NCBI RefSeq assembly: GCF_009914755.1
Contig: NC_060928.1
DNA length: 64,000 nucleotides
From: the human T2T-CHM13v2.0 reference genome, Homo sapiens
Reading direction: 5' to 3' (one strand)
Positions 1-13,820 of the stretch are shown piece after piece. A program made the translations under genes and the position numbers. The notes beneath the pieces were generated by a model. It did no database searches and was not told the DNA's origin. It worked only from the letters and a program-made list of their open reading frames with translations. Position 1 is the stretch's first letter; each line of letters starts with the position of its first letter.

Positions 1-450
1 TTGCCTATAGGATACATCCACACTCTTTAAAAAGCATCAACATCCTTCTTGATTTCTCAATTTCTCTCCAGCTATTCCCAACATGGAGAAAAATTGTACC
101 GATACAATGAAGTCAATAGGCTGAACCCAAAATGTTTTATGGGTTCTGTTTGTTCCACCAATATACTTACATTACTAAGTATAATCTCTGTGCTAAGCTT
201 CAAAGATGCAATGGTTAATAAAATTCATTACCTAATCCACAAAGAATTTACCTGGTAAACTTACCGAAAATAATCATTCCAACAGTACTGCCTGTGAGAG
301 ACTTTTTCTAACTCACCACCACTATCACCCTATCACCTCTCACTTCCCCCACCTATCAAACCACTCAATTGATACATTCGCTAAGTACTTGCCATATCAT
401 GGGGTAAGTATTAACACTATTTTCTTTAAACTATCTGTTTTGCTAAATTA

Positions 451-933
<483 letters not shown>

Positions 934-1789
934 TCAAAATAATTATGATGAAATAAAGGGACCCACACATGTAAAACAAGTGCAATAAAATGTTACAGAA
1001 GCAAATACTTTTTTAAATTTTTTGTATAGGAGTCAAGAAGGAGGAAAAATAAATTCTAAGAGAAAAAGGAAGAAGTCAGAAAAAGCTTCATATAGGGCAT
1101 GAGTTTTGACTTGCCTTCAAAGAAACCCAGGTGTTCACCAGGTGGACAGGATGGGGAGGAGGATTCTTAGCAGTCCAGGCACAGAGTGCAGCATAAACAA
1201 AGTCGTAGAGGCATAAAACAGTACAATATGTTCTCTGGAACTACAAAGGGTTTCCTATAGCTGGAGTGCATTGTATGAAAAAAGGCGCAAGAAGAAATAA
1301 GAGCAAGGAATTAGAAAAGAAAGAAATGGGCTAGATCAGCAAGAGCCTTATTTTCCATTCTAAGTAGTAGCAGCCAGTGGGGAAGTATTAATGTATTTTG
1401 GGGTATGGAAATAATTTGTTCACATCTGGATTTTAGAAAAAAAATGGTTCTAGTCAAAACATGGAAAATAATTTGAAATGGAGCAATTTAGCGCAGAGGG
1501 AGCAGTTAAGAAAATAATAGTATCAGCAGCAAATCTGGGTGAGAGAGTTGAAAAGCGTAACAAGCAGATGGACAGAGTGGGGAGTATGAATAGACGTTAA
1601 GAATATAGTGCCAAAGGGCTTGCTTATTAGTTTGACAGAGAGGGTGACACGGAAGGAGAATTTCAGGTTAGCACCCAGCTTTCTGTCTGGATGACTGATG
1701 AATGCCAGTCATTGAGATTTGAAAAACCATTAAGAGAAGCAGATTGCGGAATAAATACAGAGTTTAGTGGGGACATATTTTTGTTTGTT

Positions 1790-2290
1790 TGTTTCCTTAT
1801 GGCAAGATAAGTGTAACATAAAAGTCACACCATCTTAACCATTGTAAAATGTACATTTTGGTGGCATTAAGTACATTCACATTGTTGTATAACCAATCTC
1901 TGAACTTCTTGTCTCACAAAACTGAAACCCTGTACCCATTAAACAACAACTCCCCATTCCCCCTCTCCACAGTCCTTGGTGACTTCCACTCTACTTTCTG
2001 TTTCTATGAGTTGACTACTCTAGTTGTTGGCAATGTAGTAGTTGACTACTCTAGATACCTCATATAAGTGGAACAATACAGTATTTGTTTTGTTGTGATT
2101 GACTTATTTCACTTAGCATAAAGTCCTCCAAGTTAATCTATATTGTAACGTGCATCAGAATTTTCTTTCTTTTTGAGGCTGAATAACATTCCATTGTATG
2201 TTACACCATTTTGTTTATCCATTCATCTGCCTATGGACATTTGGTCTGCTTCCACCTTTTAGCTATTGTGAATAATGGCACCTTGAATAT
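1790..2290 (-). mobile_element. Old L1 (L1M-type) 3' end fragment
   Basis: Typical antisense L1 3'UTR wording (CATTAAGTACATTCACATTGTTG, TTATTTCACTTAGCATAA, TTGTGAATAATG); boundaries approximate. Confidence 0.7.
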
Positions 2291-3651
2291 GCAGCAGAAG
2301 AGTCATAAACCTGGTAGAACCTAGTAGGTAAAAGGGCCAATGACAGACCCAAGTTCAAATGTTGAACTAGTAAACAAGAAGATATTCCTACATGTTTGTA
2401 TCCTTGTCAGCATGAAAATTATTTTAAGGAGCTTAAGTTGAATAAGTTGTTGGATGACAGCCCTTGCTCTTCCATTTAAACCCAGGTCAGTGCCTAGTTA
2501 CTAACACCTGCATTAATCTTGATCTCAAGCTCACTTTTTGTTTCTACCCCTTGCATCTCATGCTGAATCATACATTCATTAGGTAAGTTTGAGTGAATTA
2601 ATACTTCATCTTCTCTGAAAGGGCAAGGCACTCATGAAGTCATGGTTGAATATTGTGCCAGTAAGTGCTAGTGGTCGCCTCAATATTTATTTGTCTCTTC
2701 TTCTGTAGTAATAGGTTTATTCTGAACTCATAGACACACAGCTAAAGACTACTTTTCCAAGCCTCTTGCAGCTAGCTATGGACAAATGATGAGGCACGGG
2801 TGAATAAGATAGTTGGAAGTGACACATACAGATTTCAAATAATTCCCTAAAGGTGTATGGTTTTCTTTCCCTACAAATCCTACTTTCAGTTCTTTTGTAC
2901 ATGGACCCAGAGTGGAATTGCTGGATCATATGATAATTCTATTTTTAACTTCTTGATGGACCTCTGTTTTTGTTTTGTTTTTTACAGAGGCTGCAACATT
3001 TTATATTCCTACTAATAATGCACAGGGGTTCGGATTTCTCCACATCCTTGCCAACACTTGATATTTCCTGGGTTTTTTGATAATGGCCATCCTAATAGGT
3101 GTGGGGACATGAGGTTTTCAATATGCTTGTGGGACATCGAGGCAGAAACATCTAGCATGCTGTTGGATGTGTGATTCCAGAATACAGAAGAGAAATATGG
3201 TAATTGGGATTATTAGTAAATGGGTGTGCTTCAGAGTGCCTTAAGAGAACACAAAAAAGAAAGAAGACAATGATGGTGATGGAGAGAACTCTGAGCAACT
3301 TTTCTTGATGGGCAGAAGAAGTCAAGCCAGTGAATGGAGTAATGAGAGGTGCAAGTTTTAAGACTAGAGTGGCCAACAGTGGCAAGTGTCAGAAAAGGGA
3401 AAAGAGAGGGAATATGAGAAGAATCTACAGGATTTGACCTGTGCAGGAAGAAAGTACAGTCATGACAAGGGAGTGCTGGGGGTGCAGTGCAGAATGAGTC
3501 AATGGATTGGGGAAAATGCAGCTTCTAGAAATTATCTACACAGTTCCTAGAAAAGAAGGTGGTAGGGGAATGAGGAGGTAAAAAAGTTGGAAGAATATGA
3601 AGTTAGGGTCAAAGAAAGTAACTTGGCCTCTACGATTCAGGGAGGGAACGC

Positions 3652-4275
3652 TTTTTTTTTTTTTTTTTTTTTTTTTTTCAGAGACAGAGTCTCACTCTGT
3701 CTCACAGGTTGGAGTGCAGTGGCACAATCATAGCTCACAGCAGACTCAAACTCCTGACTTCAAGCAATCCTCCGGCCGCAGCCTCTTGAGTAGCTAGGAC
3801 TACAGGTGCACACAACTACACATGGCTAATTTTTTTTTTTTTTTGAGATGGAATCTTGCTCTGTCCCCCAGGCTGGAATGCAGTGGCACAATTTCACTGC
3901 TCACTGCAAGCTCCGCCTCCAGGGTTCACACCATTCTCCTTCCTCAGCCTCCTGAGTAGCTGGGACTACAGGCACCTGCCACCACGCCTGGCTAATTTTT
4001 TGTATTTTTAGTAGAGACAGGATTTCACTGCGTTAGCCAGGATGGTCTCGATCTCCTGACCTCGTGATCAGCCCACCTCGGCCCCCCAAAGTGCTGGGAT
4101 TACAGGCGTGAGCCGTTGTGCCCGGCCAGCTAATTTTTTTCTTTCATTTTTTTTTTTACAGAGACAGGGTCTTGCTGTGTTGCCCAAGCTGGCTTGAACT
4201 CCTGGGCTCAAACCATATTCTGACCTTGGCTTCCCAAAGCACTGGGATTACAGGTGTGAGCCACTGCGCCCAGCC
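3652..4275 (-). mobile_element. Old Alu (AluJ-like) interrupted in its A-rich linker by a younger Alu
   Basis: Right arm ~3652-3829 and left arm ~4130-4275 flank an inner Alu. Confidence 0.85.
3830..4127 (-). mobile_element. AluY-like element nested in AluJ
   Basis: AluY-type wording (CAAGCTCCGCCTCC, TTAGCCAGGATGGTCTCGATCTCCTGACCTCGTGATC); GCTAATTTTTT duplicated on both sides. Confidence 0.85.
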
Positions 4276-4849
4276 AAGGAGGGAAAAATTCTAGGATATA
4301 ATAAGATCCAGGGTATAACCCTGAATGTGCCCTAAGGAAGTAGAGTGAATGAAGACCATTAGACTCCAGAAGGTCAGAAAACATGAGTCAAGCAACATAT
4401 GCAAGTCACACATCATGATGGAGGAAAGGAAGACTGTGGACTTCAACCGCAGATATCACTTGTAGTTGAAGGAAAATGAAAAAGGAGAAGAGGTGGTAAA
4501 TACAAACGGTATGAGCTGGAAAAGAGGAAGGTTTTTTCACAGCAAAATGGGAACCGTAATGGCCTGGTAGTGGTCCACAAGAACCGGGGGAATGACAGCA
4601 CTATCTCAAGCATTCACAGTACAACAGGGTGAAGGATAATGGCAGATATTCAGTATAGAAAGATAAGGAGAAGTCCTGTCCTTGGAGGGAAGTTAGATTT
4701 TGGTTTAGTGAACAAGTAGAGACATCCTTCTGCTAAAATACTGAAACTGTTGGGCATGCACATAAAATGGAACAAAGGTAGGGACTGAGAGCTAAATGCA
4801 GAGTTGGGGATCAGGTCTGGAAGAACTTGGAGGGAATAAGCACAGAGAC

Positions 4850-5213
4850 TGTCTTAGTTTGGGCTGTCACAACAAAAATACCATAGACTGGGTGACATAA
4901 GCAAAGAAAGTTTATTTCTCACTGTTCTGGAGACTGGAAAGTACAAAATCAAGGTGCTCACATAATTCATTTCTAATGGCAGCCCTCTCTCTGGCTCACC
5001 AATGGCTGGCCACCTTTGTGCTGTATTCTCAGTTGGTGAAAAGCAGGCAGAGAGGAAGCAAGCTCTCCTGTCTTTTCTTATGAAAGTCCAAACCCCTCTC
5101 CATTAGGGAGGACTTAATTACCTCACAAAATCCCCATATCCAAACACCATCACATTGAGGATTAAGGTTTAGGCATATGAACTTTGGAGAAACACAAAAA
5201 TTTAGACTATAGC
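4850..5213 (-). mobile_element. MaLR solo LTR (MLT1A-like)
   Basis: TGTCTTAGT...AAATACCATAGACTGGGTG...TTTATTTCTCACTGTTCTGGAG...ACTATAGCA; TG..CA termini, ~360 bp. Confidence 0.7.
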
Positions 5214-5836
5214 AGTGATATGAGGGAAAACATTAAAAGATTTGACAAATGATGACTAAGAATGAGGTGATACAGACACCCCTAAAAGTTGTGCAATGCA
5301 GAGCCTGTATAGCCACATGCAACTTGAGGGACTGTCAGACCGTGAAGAAGCTTGTAGGCCATATGGTAGGAAGTTTAGATTTTATTTCATATTTAAGAGA
5401 AGGCCACGGAAGGGTTTTGTGTTCCTAGAATTTCAGTGTGGCAGTGCAGATGGAAAGAAGTAGATAGATTTGAGATACGTTTTAATGAGAAGCACTAACA
5501 GATCTTGCTAACTGATTTGCATAGTTGTGAGAAGAGCAGATGGGGAAGACAGAAAAGTCAAGGATAATTCTTTGATTTATGGCTAAAACAACTAGTTAAA
5601 TGGTGGTTACTGATATTAATATGAAGAAGTCTTTGGGAGTATGGGAGTGGGACAAGACAGATATGGGAGAGAAATTTATAAGTTGTGTTTTGAACATAAG
5701 TTTTAAAGGCCTAAGAGAGGCATCAGGTGAAGCATTTGAGTCAGACCGAGTATCTTGAGCTCAAAGAGAAGTTAAGACTGCCCAGAGAAATATGGGTGTC
5801 AGTGGCTCTCAATGACATGACATTAAAAGTCATGGA

Positions 5837-6249
<413 letters not shown>

Positions 6250-6821
6250 TTATGGTGGAGTAAAATGAATTCCTATTAAAATGACCTGCTTAAGACCGTC
6301 ATGTTTATTTTATTAAAATGTGATTTGTATTTCTCTGCTCAAAATAGTCAGCTATTGTTTCTCTTCTGTCCAAAATCCAACATATCTCTCTTCACCTCAT
6401 TTCTAGGTCATCCATAGGCATGATCAGTTCTTAGCTTAAGAACTTTCCATGTACTTGATGTTGTAAGAGAGGACCTGGCAAATACAGAAATAAAACGATT
6501 TTGTTCTCACCTTTAAAAAGAGTATGCGAAGTTTACTGACAGCACAGACATGAATAGGAAATAATACAATTTTCCAGAAACAACTAGCAATAGAAAATTT
6601 ATTTTTTCTTTTTTGATGAGCTAAACTTAGGACTAGGTAAAGTTTATTGTTAAAAGATGTCAGGATATAGAGGAAGATGGCTAATTGGGGTTTAATTTAT
6701 CATGGAAGTACATAAAGAGGAAGGAAAGCTCTACACACGTACAATTACTTTGCTTGTTCAAAGAAGAAAAGTCCTAAACAACATGTTACCTGCTTGTCAA
6801 TAACTTGTCAAATGCTTTGAC

Positions 6822-7117
6822 TTTTTTTTTTTTTTGAGACGGAGTCTTGCTCTGTCGCCCAGGCTGGAGTGCAATGATGGGATCTTGGCTCACTGCAACC
6901 TCCTCCTCCTGGGTTCAAGCGATTCTTCTGCCTCAGCCTCCTGAGTAGTTGGAATCACAGGTGCGTGCCACAATGCCCAGCTAATTTTTGTGTTTTTAGT
7001 AGAAACAATGTTTCACTATGTTGAGCAGGCTGGTCTTGAACTCCTGACCTCAGGTGATCCGCCTGCCTCGGCCTCCCAAAGTGCTGGGATTACAGGCGTG
7101 AGCCACCGTGCCTGGCT
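6822..7117 (-). mobile_element. Alu (AluS-type)
   Basis: Poly(T) then antisense Alu; ATGCTTTGAC duplicated on flanks. Confidence 0.95.
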
Positions 7118-9212
7118 AGATGCTTTGACATTTGAAACCTCAATTTAGCTTTGTTATTCTTCCCCAATATTGGTACAAATGTCATTTTAATGTATCAATT
7201 TACTGCTGAGGAAACTTAAGAACATTGAGAATTTAAGAACATTGAAATTTATGTGACAGCAAAGAGCACAGTTGGGCATAAACATCATATGCATGCCAAA
7301 CACATTTATGTGTACTTGCTATATATACTGGATAGTGAGCAAGGCATCTTTATTTGATCTCCAATTCTTGTCATCATTTAACTCATCATCATCTACTAAA
7401 CACTCTCAGTACTTCTCAGAGATAAGTATATTAAAACTTATCTTTTAATTTTTTTTGCCAGAAACCAACAGACCACAAAACAACAATAAAATGGAAAACA
7501 AATAGAATATATGGAGCACTGTAGTTTGATAAGGTCATAATATAAGAAATGGAAGGAGGAATATATAATATCTTCAAACTACCTACCTTTGATGTCTCCC
7601 CTGGTGAGCAGGGAGAGAAAGATACCTTTAACTAAGAAAGCATATTCAGGCAAGAAACTCAGCTTAGAAGCAAGGAGGAAGAGGTCTTTTCAGAGTAGTT
7701 ATTAGTGATTTATGTGCTTCTTTGCTTGTGGAAATCTTCATTTTCAAAGCTTAGCTCAAATGCTACCTCCACCACAAAAGCTATTCTAGTATTGTTCATA
7801 ATTTCTTCAGTTATGTTTAAGCAATGCCTTGAAAGGCAGCTGAAAACAGAAAAAGATCCCTTAACAAAAGGCAATTGGTTTTCTCATGAAACCAATTAAA
7901 TAAATAGAACGATCAATAGACAGGACTGTGAGTGATTGCCTTACGATACTCATAAACAGTCTATAAGACTTCATTCTATTACTTTCAACAGTGACCAAGA
8001 AGATTTACTCAGCGTTAAGCACTATACTAGGAATTGAAGTGATGGCTATGGGATGCCCTGTTTGGAGGTGGACTTGGTCTAGCGAAGAGCCTGAGGCAAA
8101 CAGAAATATAGTCAAATAATTACTATACAGTGTGATAGGCACATGGCATAGAAGCAGCATGGTGTCTAGAAGGAGTGAGTTGCTCTGTCCCACTCACCCC
8201 CCAAATACATCTGACCTCATCTGCATTCTCTCTCACTCACTATACTTTAGCTACATTTTGAGTTTCTTGAACATGCCAAGTATGCTTCTACCTCAGGGCC
8301 TTTGCACTTCTTATTCCTCTGTTTGATAGTCTGTCACCCCGAAATCCACGGGGCTCACCTCCTGTCTCCATTCAAGTCTCTTGTATCACTTCATCAGAGT
8401 AGCTTTCCCTGACCACTCCATATAAAATTGCACCCCATCACTTCATTTTATATTGCTTACTCTTTTCACAATTCTTGTCATCATGACATATCATACGTTC
8501 ATATGTTTATTATCTGACTCTCTTATTAGAATCAAAGCTCCACAAAAGAAAGAACTTTGTTTTATTCACTGTTGAATCTACATAGCTGGAAGAGTTCCTG
8601 GCAAAACAAATGGGAAGAGATAAAATGGGATTCAGGAAAGATTTCACAAAGGTGATTATACCCCCAGAGAGTTTAGAAGGATGCAAGAGATTATCATAAA
8701 AAGATAAGGGAGCTGGGAATAGCTGGCAGAAGTGTGTTCAAAGGTAAGAAAGATTAAAACCACATGGTTTGTTTAAATAATGTGAGATATTGGTTGGGCG
8801 TAAACCCTTCATTTGTGCTTCTATTACAACACATTCACCTCTTCTCTTGTAGGAGAGTTGTTTACTGCCCCTCTGTCTTTCTCAATAACTTCAGAGTTCT
8901 TTAAGGGGTGGGACTGTTTCACTCATGTCTTCATTTTCCAAGTTCTTAAACAGAGCAGATATTCTGTAATTGCTAAATAAATAAATGATAAAACAATATT
9001 TATTCATCAAGGAGCAAGAAAACTCATTTAGTTGTTCAATCAAAATGGATTTCTCTCTGTTGACAAGCGAATGCCCTGTTTGTAAACTTTATAAATGAAA
9101 GAGACCTCAGAGATCATCTAACTTGGCCTTTCCATTTTATAGATGAGAAAACTGAAGCATAGAAAGGTTGATTGCCTGACTATACAACCTGCTAGGTATA
9201 ATGAAGAACTGA

Positions 9213-9853
<641 letters not shown>

Positions 9854-10881
9854 CTAGACAAACCTAGAGCTCCAGTTTGAACCATGGTATGTCATCTTTT
9901 CACTGGAAGATGTGCTTTCAGAAGCGGCCTGAACATTTGGTTTACCTATTAAAATAAAAACTGTACATACTTTATGATCTATCTTTGAGAAACAGACAAA
10001 TCTGCAAGGAGCCGTGTGGATCTTCATTGTCATTTTTTGTTGTAGTTAAAAGTGTAAAGTCAAAAGCAATCTGGGTGTACATCAATGGAGAAATAGCCAT
10101 ATTCACTCTGTGATAGCCATACTATGCAATTTTATGAAGCACTTAAAATAGATATAGTTTGATTCATACTAAAATGAAAAAGAGCTCCAAGACACGGATG
10201 CTAAAAAAAAAGAAAAAAAAGGAAGTCGAAGGATGATACTATACTGTACTGTACTATTTAAGACTTGTCAATCTCAGGTTCTCCCACCAAAACAGCACAA
10301 CACATGAAGTAAGTGTATAGGAAATTTCGGAATGATGAACTCCAAACAGGATATGCATCTGTAGCAAGGGCTACCTCCGGAGAGAAGGGTAGGGGAATGA
10401 GGCGGTCTTTGACCTTGACAGTAATTTATGGTTTTTAACAAGGAGAGTGCATTCTTCATCTATTAGTTTTGCTTTTGTTGGCTGTGAAAATTAATTTTTT
10501 GAGAAATAGTACTGATTGTGATTTCTTCTCTATTCAGTGAGGAAAGGGAGTGACAGGTAATGATTCTGTATCAAGGCTGATTAAAGAATAAAAGAAGGCC
10601 TTTCTGAAGATTAAAAAACAAATAAAAAGTTGAGAAGAAAGAGCACGAAGAGTAGAAGGAAACAATGGTGTACTCGCCAGCAATGGCAATACGGGTTATT
10701 AAAAAGAAGGGTGGGGGCGGGGAACCCTGGCCGACTCAGGACGCCACGGGAGGAAGCCACGCAAAATAGCAAACCGGGATCCTAGAGGGGCGGGGCCCAC
10801 CTCAGCGCGCAGGCGCAACCAGGCCCAGGTGGCCGCCGCGGAAGCGAAGCCACCTATACGCGCCGCGCCGCTTGGGTCTCC

Positions 10882-10893
10882 TGCGCATGCGCA
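10882..10893. promoter_or_regulatory. NRF1 consensus site
   Basis: Perfect palindrome TGCGCATGCGCA ~190 bp upstream of the ATG. Confidence 0.75.
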
Positions 10894-11080
10894 GACGGAC
10901 CTGCGCTGGAGGCTTCATCTTTGCCGCCGCTGCCGTCGCCTTCCTGGGATTGGAGTCTCGAGCTTTCTTCGTTCGTTCGTCGGCGGGTTCGCGCCCTTCT
11001 CGCGCCTCGGGGCTGCGAGGCTGGGGAAGGGGTTGGAGGGGGCTGTTGATCGCCGCGTTTAAGTTGCGCTCGGGGCGGCC

Positions 11081-11165
11081 ATGTCGGCCGGCGAGGTCGA
11101 GCGCCTAGTGTCGGAGCTGAGCGGCGGGACCGGAGGGGATGAGGAGGAAGAGTGGCTCTATGGCG
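11081..11165 (+). CDS. FIP1L1: FIP1L1 exon 1 coding part ([28 protein letters not shown])
   Basis: GCCATG start, recognisable Fip1 N-terminus with acidic WLYG motif; donor G|GTACGA; 85 nt. Confidence 0.97.
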
Positions 11166-12314
11166 GTACGAAACTTCCTGTCTCTGTCTCTCGGGTTCTC
11201 TCAGGCCTCCCCTCTTGGCCCTCAAACGGCCGGCGTCCCTGGCCTCTCGCGCCGCCGCTTCGGGCCTCTGGTTGGGAGTCCTGTCCGGCCTGACTTAGGC
11301 CCAGCGCGGCGTGCGCGTGCCCCCAGTCCCCGCGGCGGTCTCCCGCCTGGCCCACGCCCACCATGCGCATCCACCCCTGTGGCGGCCGGGCCGGGCTGGG
11401 GGGCTGTGACCGGTCCTGGCCCCCGGCTTCGCTGTGCTTTCCCCGAGGCGTCTCGATCGCCTAGCTGCTGCGCTCTTTACCCTTGTTTTTTTCTGTCGAT
11501 TCTGAGGTGGTGGTTTTTGGTGTCTGTTTTTGCCCTGTGGCCTTAGGGTGCCCTTCCTGTCCCTTCTTTCAGAAACAGTCATTCTGTAATAATAGCTAAA
11601 TAAAGTTAATGCTGTACAACTAACGTCTTGTTTCTTGATGGTCAGTTTGTATGGAATGCACCTGCAAGGGTACCTCCTTGTCTGAAAGTCGTGCTTTAAA
11701 AATAATTAATTAAGAGAGAGAGAGAGAAAGATGGCCCATAAAGAAAACTCTGAATGTCTCCTGTATTAAGGTGAAGTTATTCTTTTTTAAGAGACTACCG
11801 TTTAACCTACATCATGGAGGTATCTCATGACCCTTCGGCTTATAGTTTTCAGTGTCATCTCATGTATTTGTTTTTCTCAAAATAAATTTAATGCATCATG
11901 TACTTCTCTCTAGAAGGGTACTTGTTTGACATCTGGTTTTTAACTTTAAGTCACAATCCCTTCTTGCTTGTTAACACCAGATTTGAAAGTTAATGTTTGT
12001 TCCTTGCCTAAAACATATATTCTTGATTGTCTTTAGAATAGAATAGTAAAAGTGCACTTTGGGCACCATGCAGGTCCTTGATGATGTGACTTTGATAAAC
12101 TTGTAAAAAAAAATCGTTTGGTGGCAAGATTTAGCATTAGTTACTACTCTTTGAAATGTGAATGTGTAGGATTTCTTTTACAAAGATCTGGAAATCTTCA
12201 TTACCTCTTAAATTTAAGCTTATTTTTATAGCAGTAAAGTCTGATTTTTTTTTCCATAAAATAAGTATCTTGTTAAGTAATTATAAGGTGATCTAACTTT
12301 GGATGTGCTTATAG

Positions 12315-12359
12315 GCCCATGGGACGTGCATGTGCACAGTGATTTGGCAAAGGACCTAG
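12315..12359 (+). CDS. FIP1L1: FIP1L1 exon 2 (GPWDVHVHSDLAKDL)
   Basis: ATAG| acceptor, |GTTAGT donor, 45 nt phase 1-1. Confidence 0.93.
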   Translation, partial: AHGTCMCTVIWQRT

Positions 12360-12466
12360 GTTAGTGCTTGTGATGATCACTTCAGATTTTCATAATACTA
12401 GTTTCTTTAAGAGTGGTTTCTTTATTTTGTTTGCTTATTTATTTATTTGTTTATTTTACTTGGTAG

Positions 12467-12506
12467 ATGAAAATGAAGTTGAAAGGCCAGAAGAAGAAAA
12501 TGCCAG
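12467..12506 (+). CDS. FIP1L1: FIP1L1 exon 3 (DENEVERPEEENA)
   Basis: U-rich tract, TAG| acceptor, |GTTAGT donor, 40 nt. Confidence 0.95.
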
Positions 12507-13209
12507 GTTAGTGAAATTTTCTGTTGATGCCTATTACACAGGTTGTGTGATACAATGGTTCTGTCAGTTGTCAAAATTATTTTCTTACAATCATTGGCTT
12601 CATTACAACACTGACTTACAACATTTTGGAGGACATTGAATCCTTTAAGGATTATTCCAGTTTCAGGACCTAATCTTACGCCAATTCTATTTGTTGGTAG
12701 TTTAAAGGACAAAGTTTTTGAACTTAGGATTGGACTGATTTTACACTGTTAAGTAACTTGTTACTCTTAAGTGAATTCAGTAGTGAAGTATACAGTATAA
12801 TCGTTAAGCTACTGATAAAAATATTTTAACTTAATTGAAAATGTTTTTAAGTAAATCAGGAACACTCCAAACTACTGCTTTTCCAGTTTATTAACATTTT
12901 TGATGATATAATGGCAGTTTGGTTGTAATTTCAATGCTATGTATTGTTTGCATTCAAAATGTAATTAGCTGATTTGTTATAAGGTTGATTTCTTTGTTAG
13001 ATTGTAAGAAAGATGTAAGTGTTCATTTATAGAACATATACAGGGAGTCAGAATTTTACCCCAGATTTCAAAAAGCAAGCCATGTAAAGAAGTACATGGA
13101 GATGTCGGCTTTACCCTGACCACATGCATTAGTGTCTGTAATGGAGGGAGAGGTAGTTAGAAGATTTTAAGGAATATTTGGGTTTAAAAAGTGGAAGATA
13201 TACAACTTC

Positions 13210-13820
13210 ATACCGAGTAAGCTGCAATCGAAAAGATAAAACAGGTGTTAGTGAGGATATGGGGAAATAAAACCCTCATACACTTCTGGTGGGATTGTAA
13301 AATGGTGCAGCTGCTTTGAAGAACAGCCTGGCCATTTTCTCAAATGGTGAAACATGGAGTTACCATGTGAGTCCTCCACCTTAGAGGAATGAAAACATAT
13401 TCAGACAAAAACTTGTACGTGAATATTCATAGCAGCATTATTCTTAATAGAAAGTGGAAAAAGAAAACCTCGCAGCTGCATCAACTGATGAATGGATAGA
13501 TTAAATGTGTTATATCCATACAGCGGAATATTATTTGGCAAGGACAATAAAATGAAGTACTGGTAGATGTTACAACACGGATGAACCTTACAAATGTGGA
13601 AGCTAAAGATGTCAGTCCGTAGAGACAGATTAGTGGTTACTAAGAGTTGGGTGAGTGATTGCTAATGTATACAAAGTTCCTTTTGGGAGTGATGCATACA
13701 TTCTGGAATTAGATAGTTGTGATGGTTGGACTATGTGACCATATTAAAACTCAGTTGTCCTGTTTGAATGGGTAGATTGTATAATATGTGAATTGCATCT
13801 CAAAGCTGTTACAACAAAAA
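13210..13820 (+). mobile_element. Old L1 (L1M-type) 3' fragment, sense
   Basis: GTGAGGATATGGGGAAA...GTAAAATGGTGCAGCTG...ACTGATGAATGGATA...GAGACAGATTAGTGGTT; boundaries approximate. Confidence 0.65.

Larger units (their letters stand above)
10710..11470 (+). promoter_or_regulatory. FIP1L1: CpG-island promoter, 5'UTR and first exon of FIP1L1
   Basis: Sharp GC/CpG-rich island in AT-rich background; GC boxes GGGGCGGGG at 10714-10722 and 10787-10795; ETS core CGGAAG 10839-10844; exact TSS not determinable. Confidence 0.9.

Noticed and set aside
10829-11582. Cluster of overlapping Arg/Pro/Gly-rich ORFs on both strands
   Set aside because: Expected from stop-codon scarcity in a CpG island; only 11081-11165 matches Fip1
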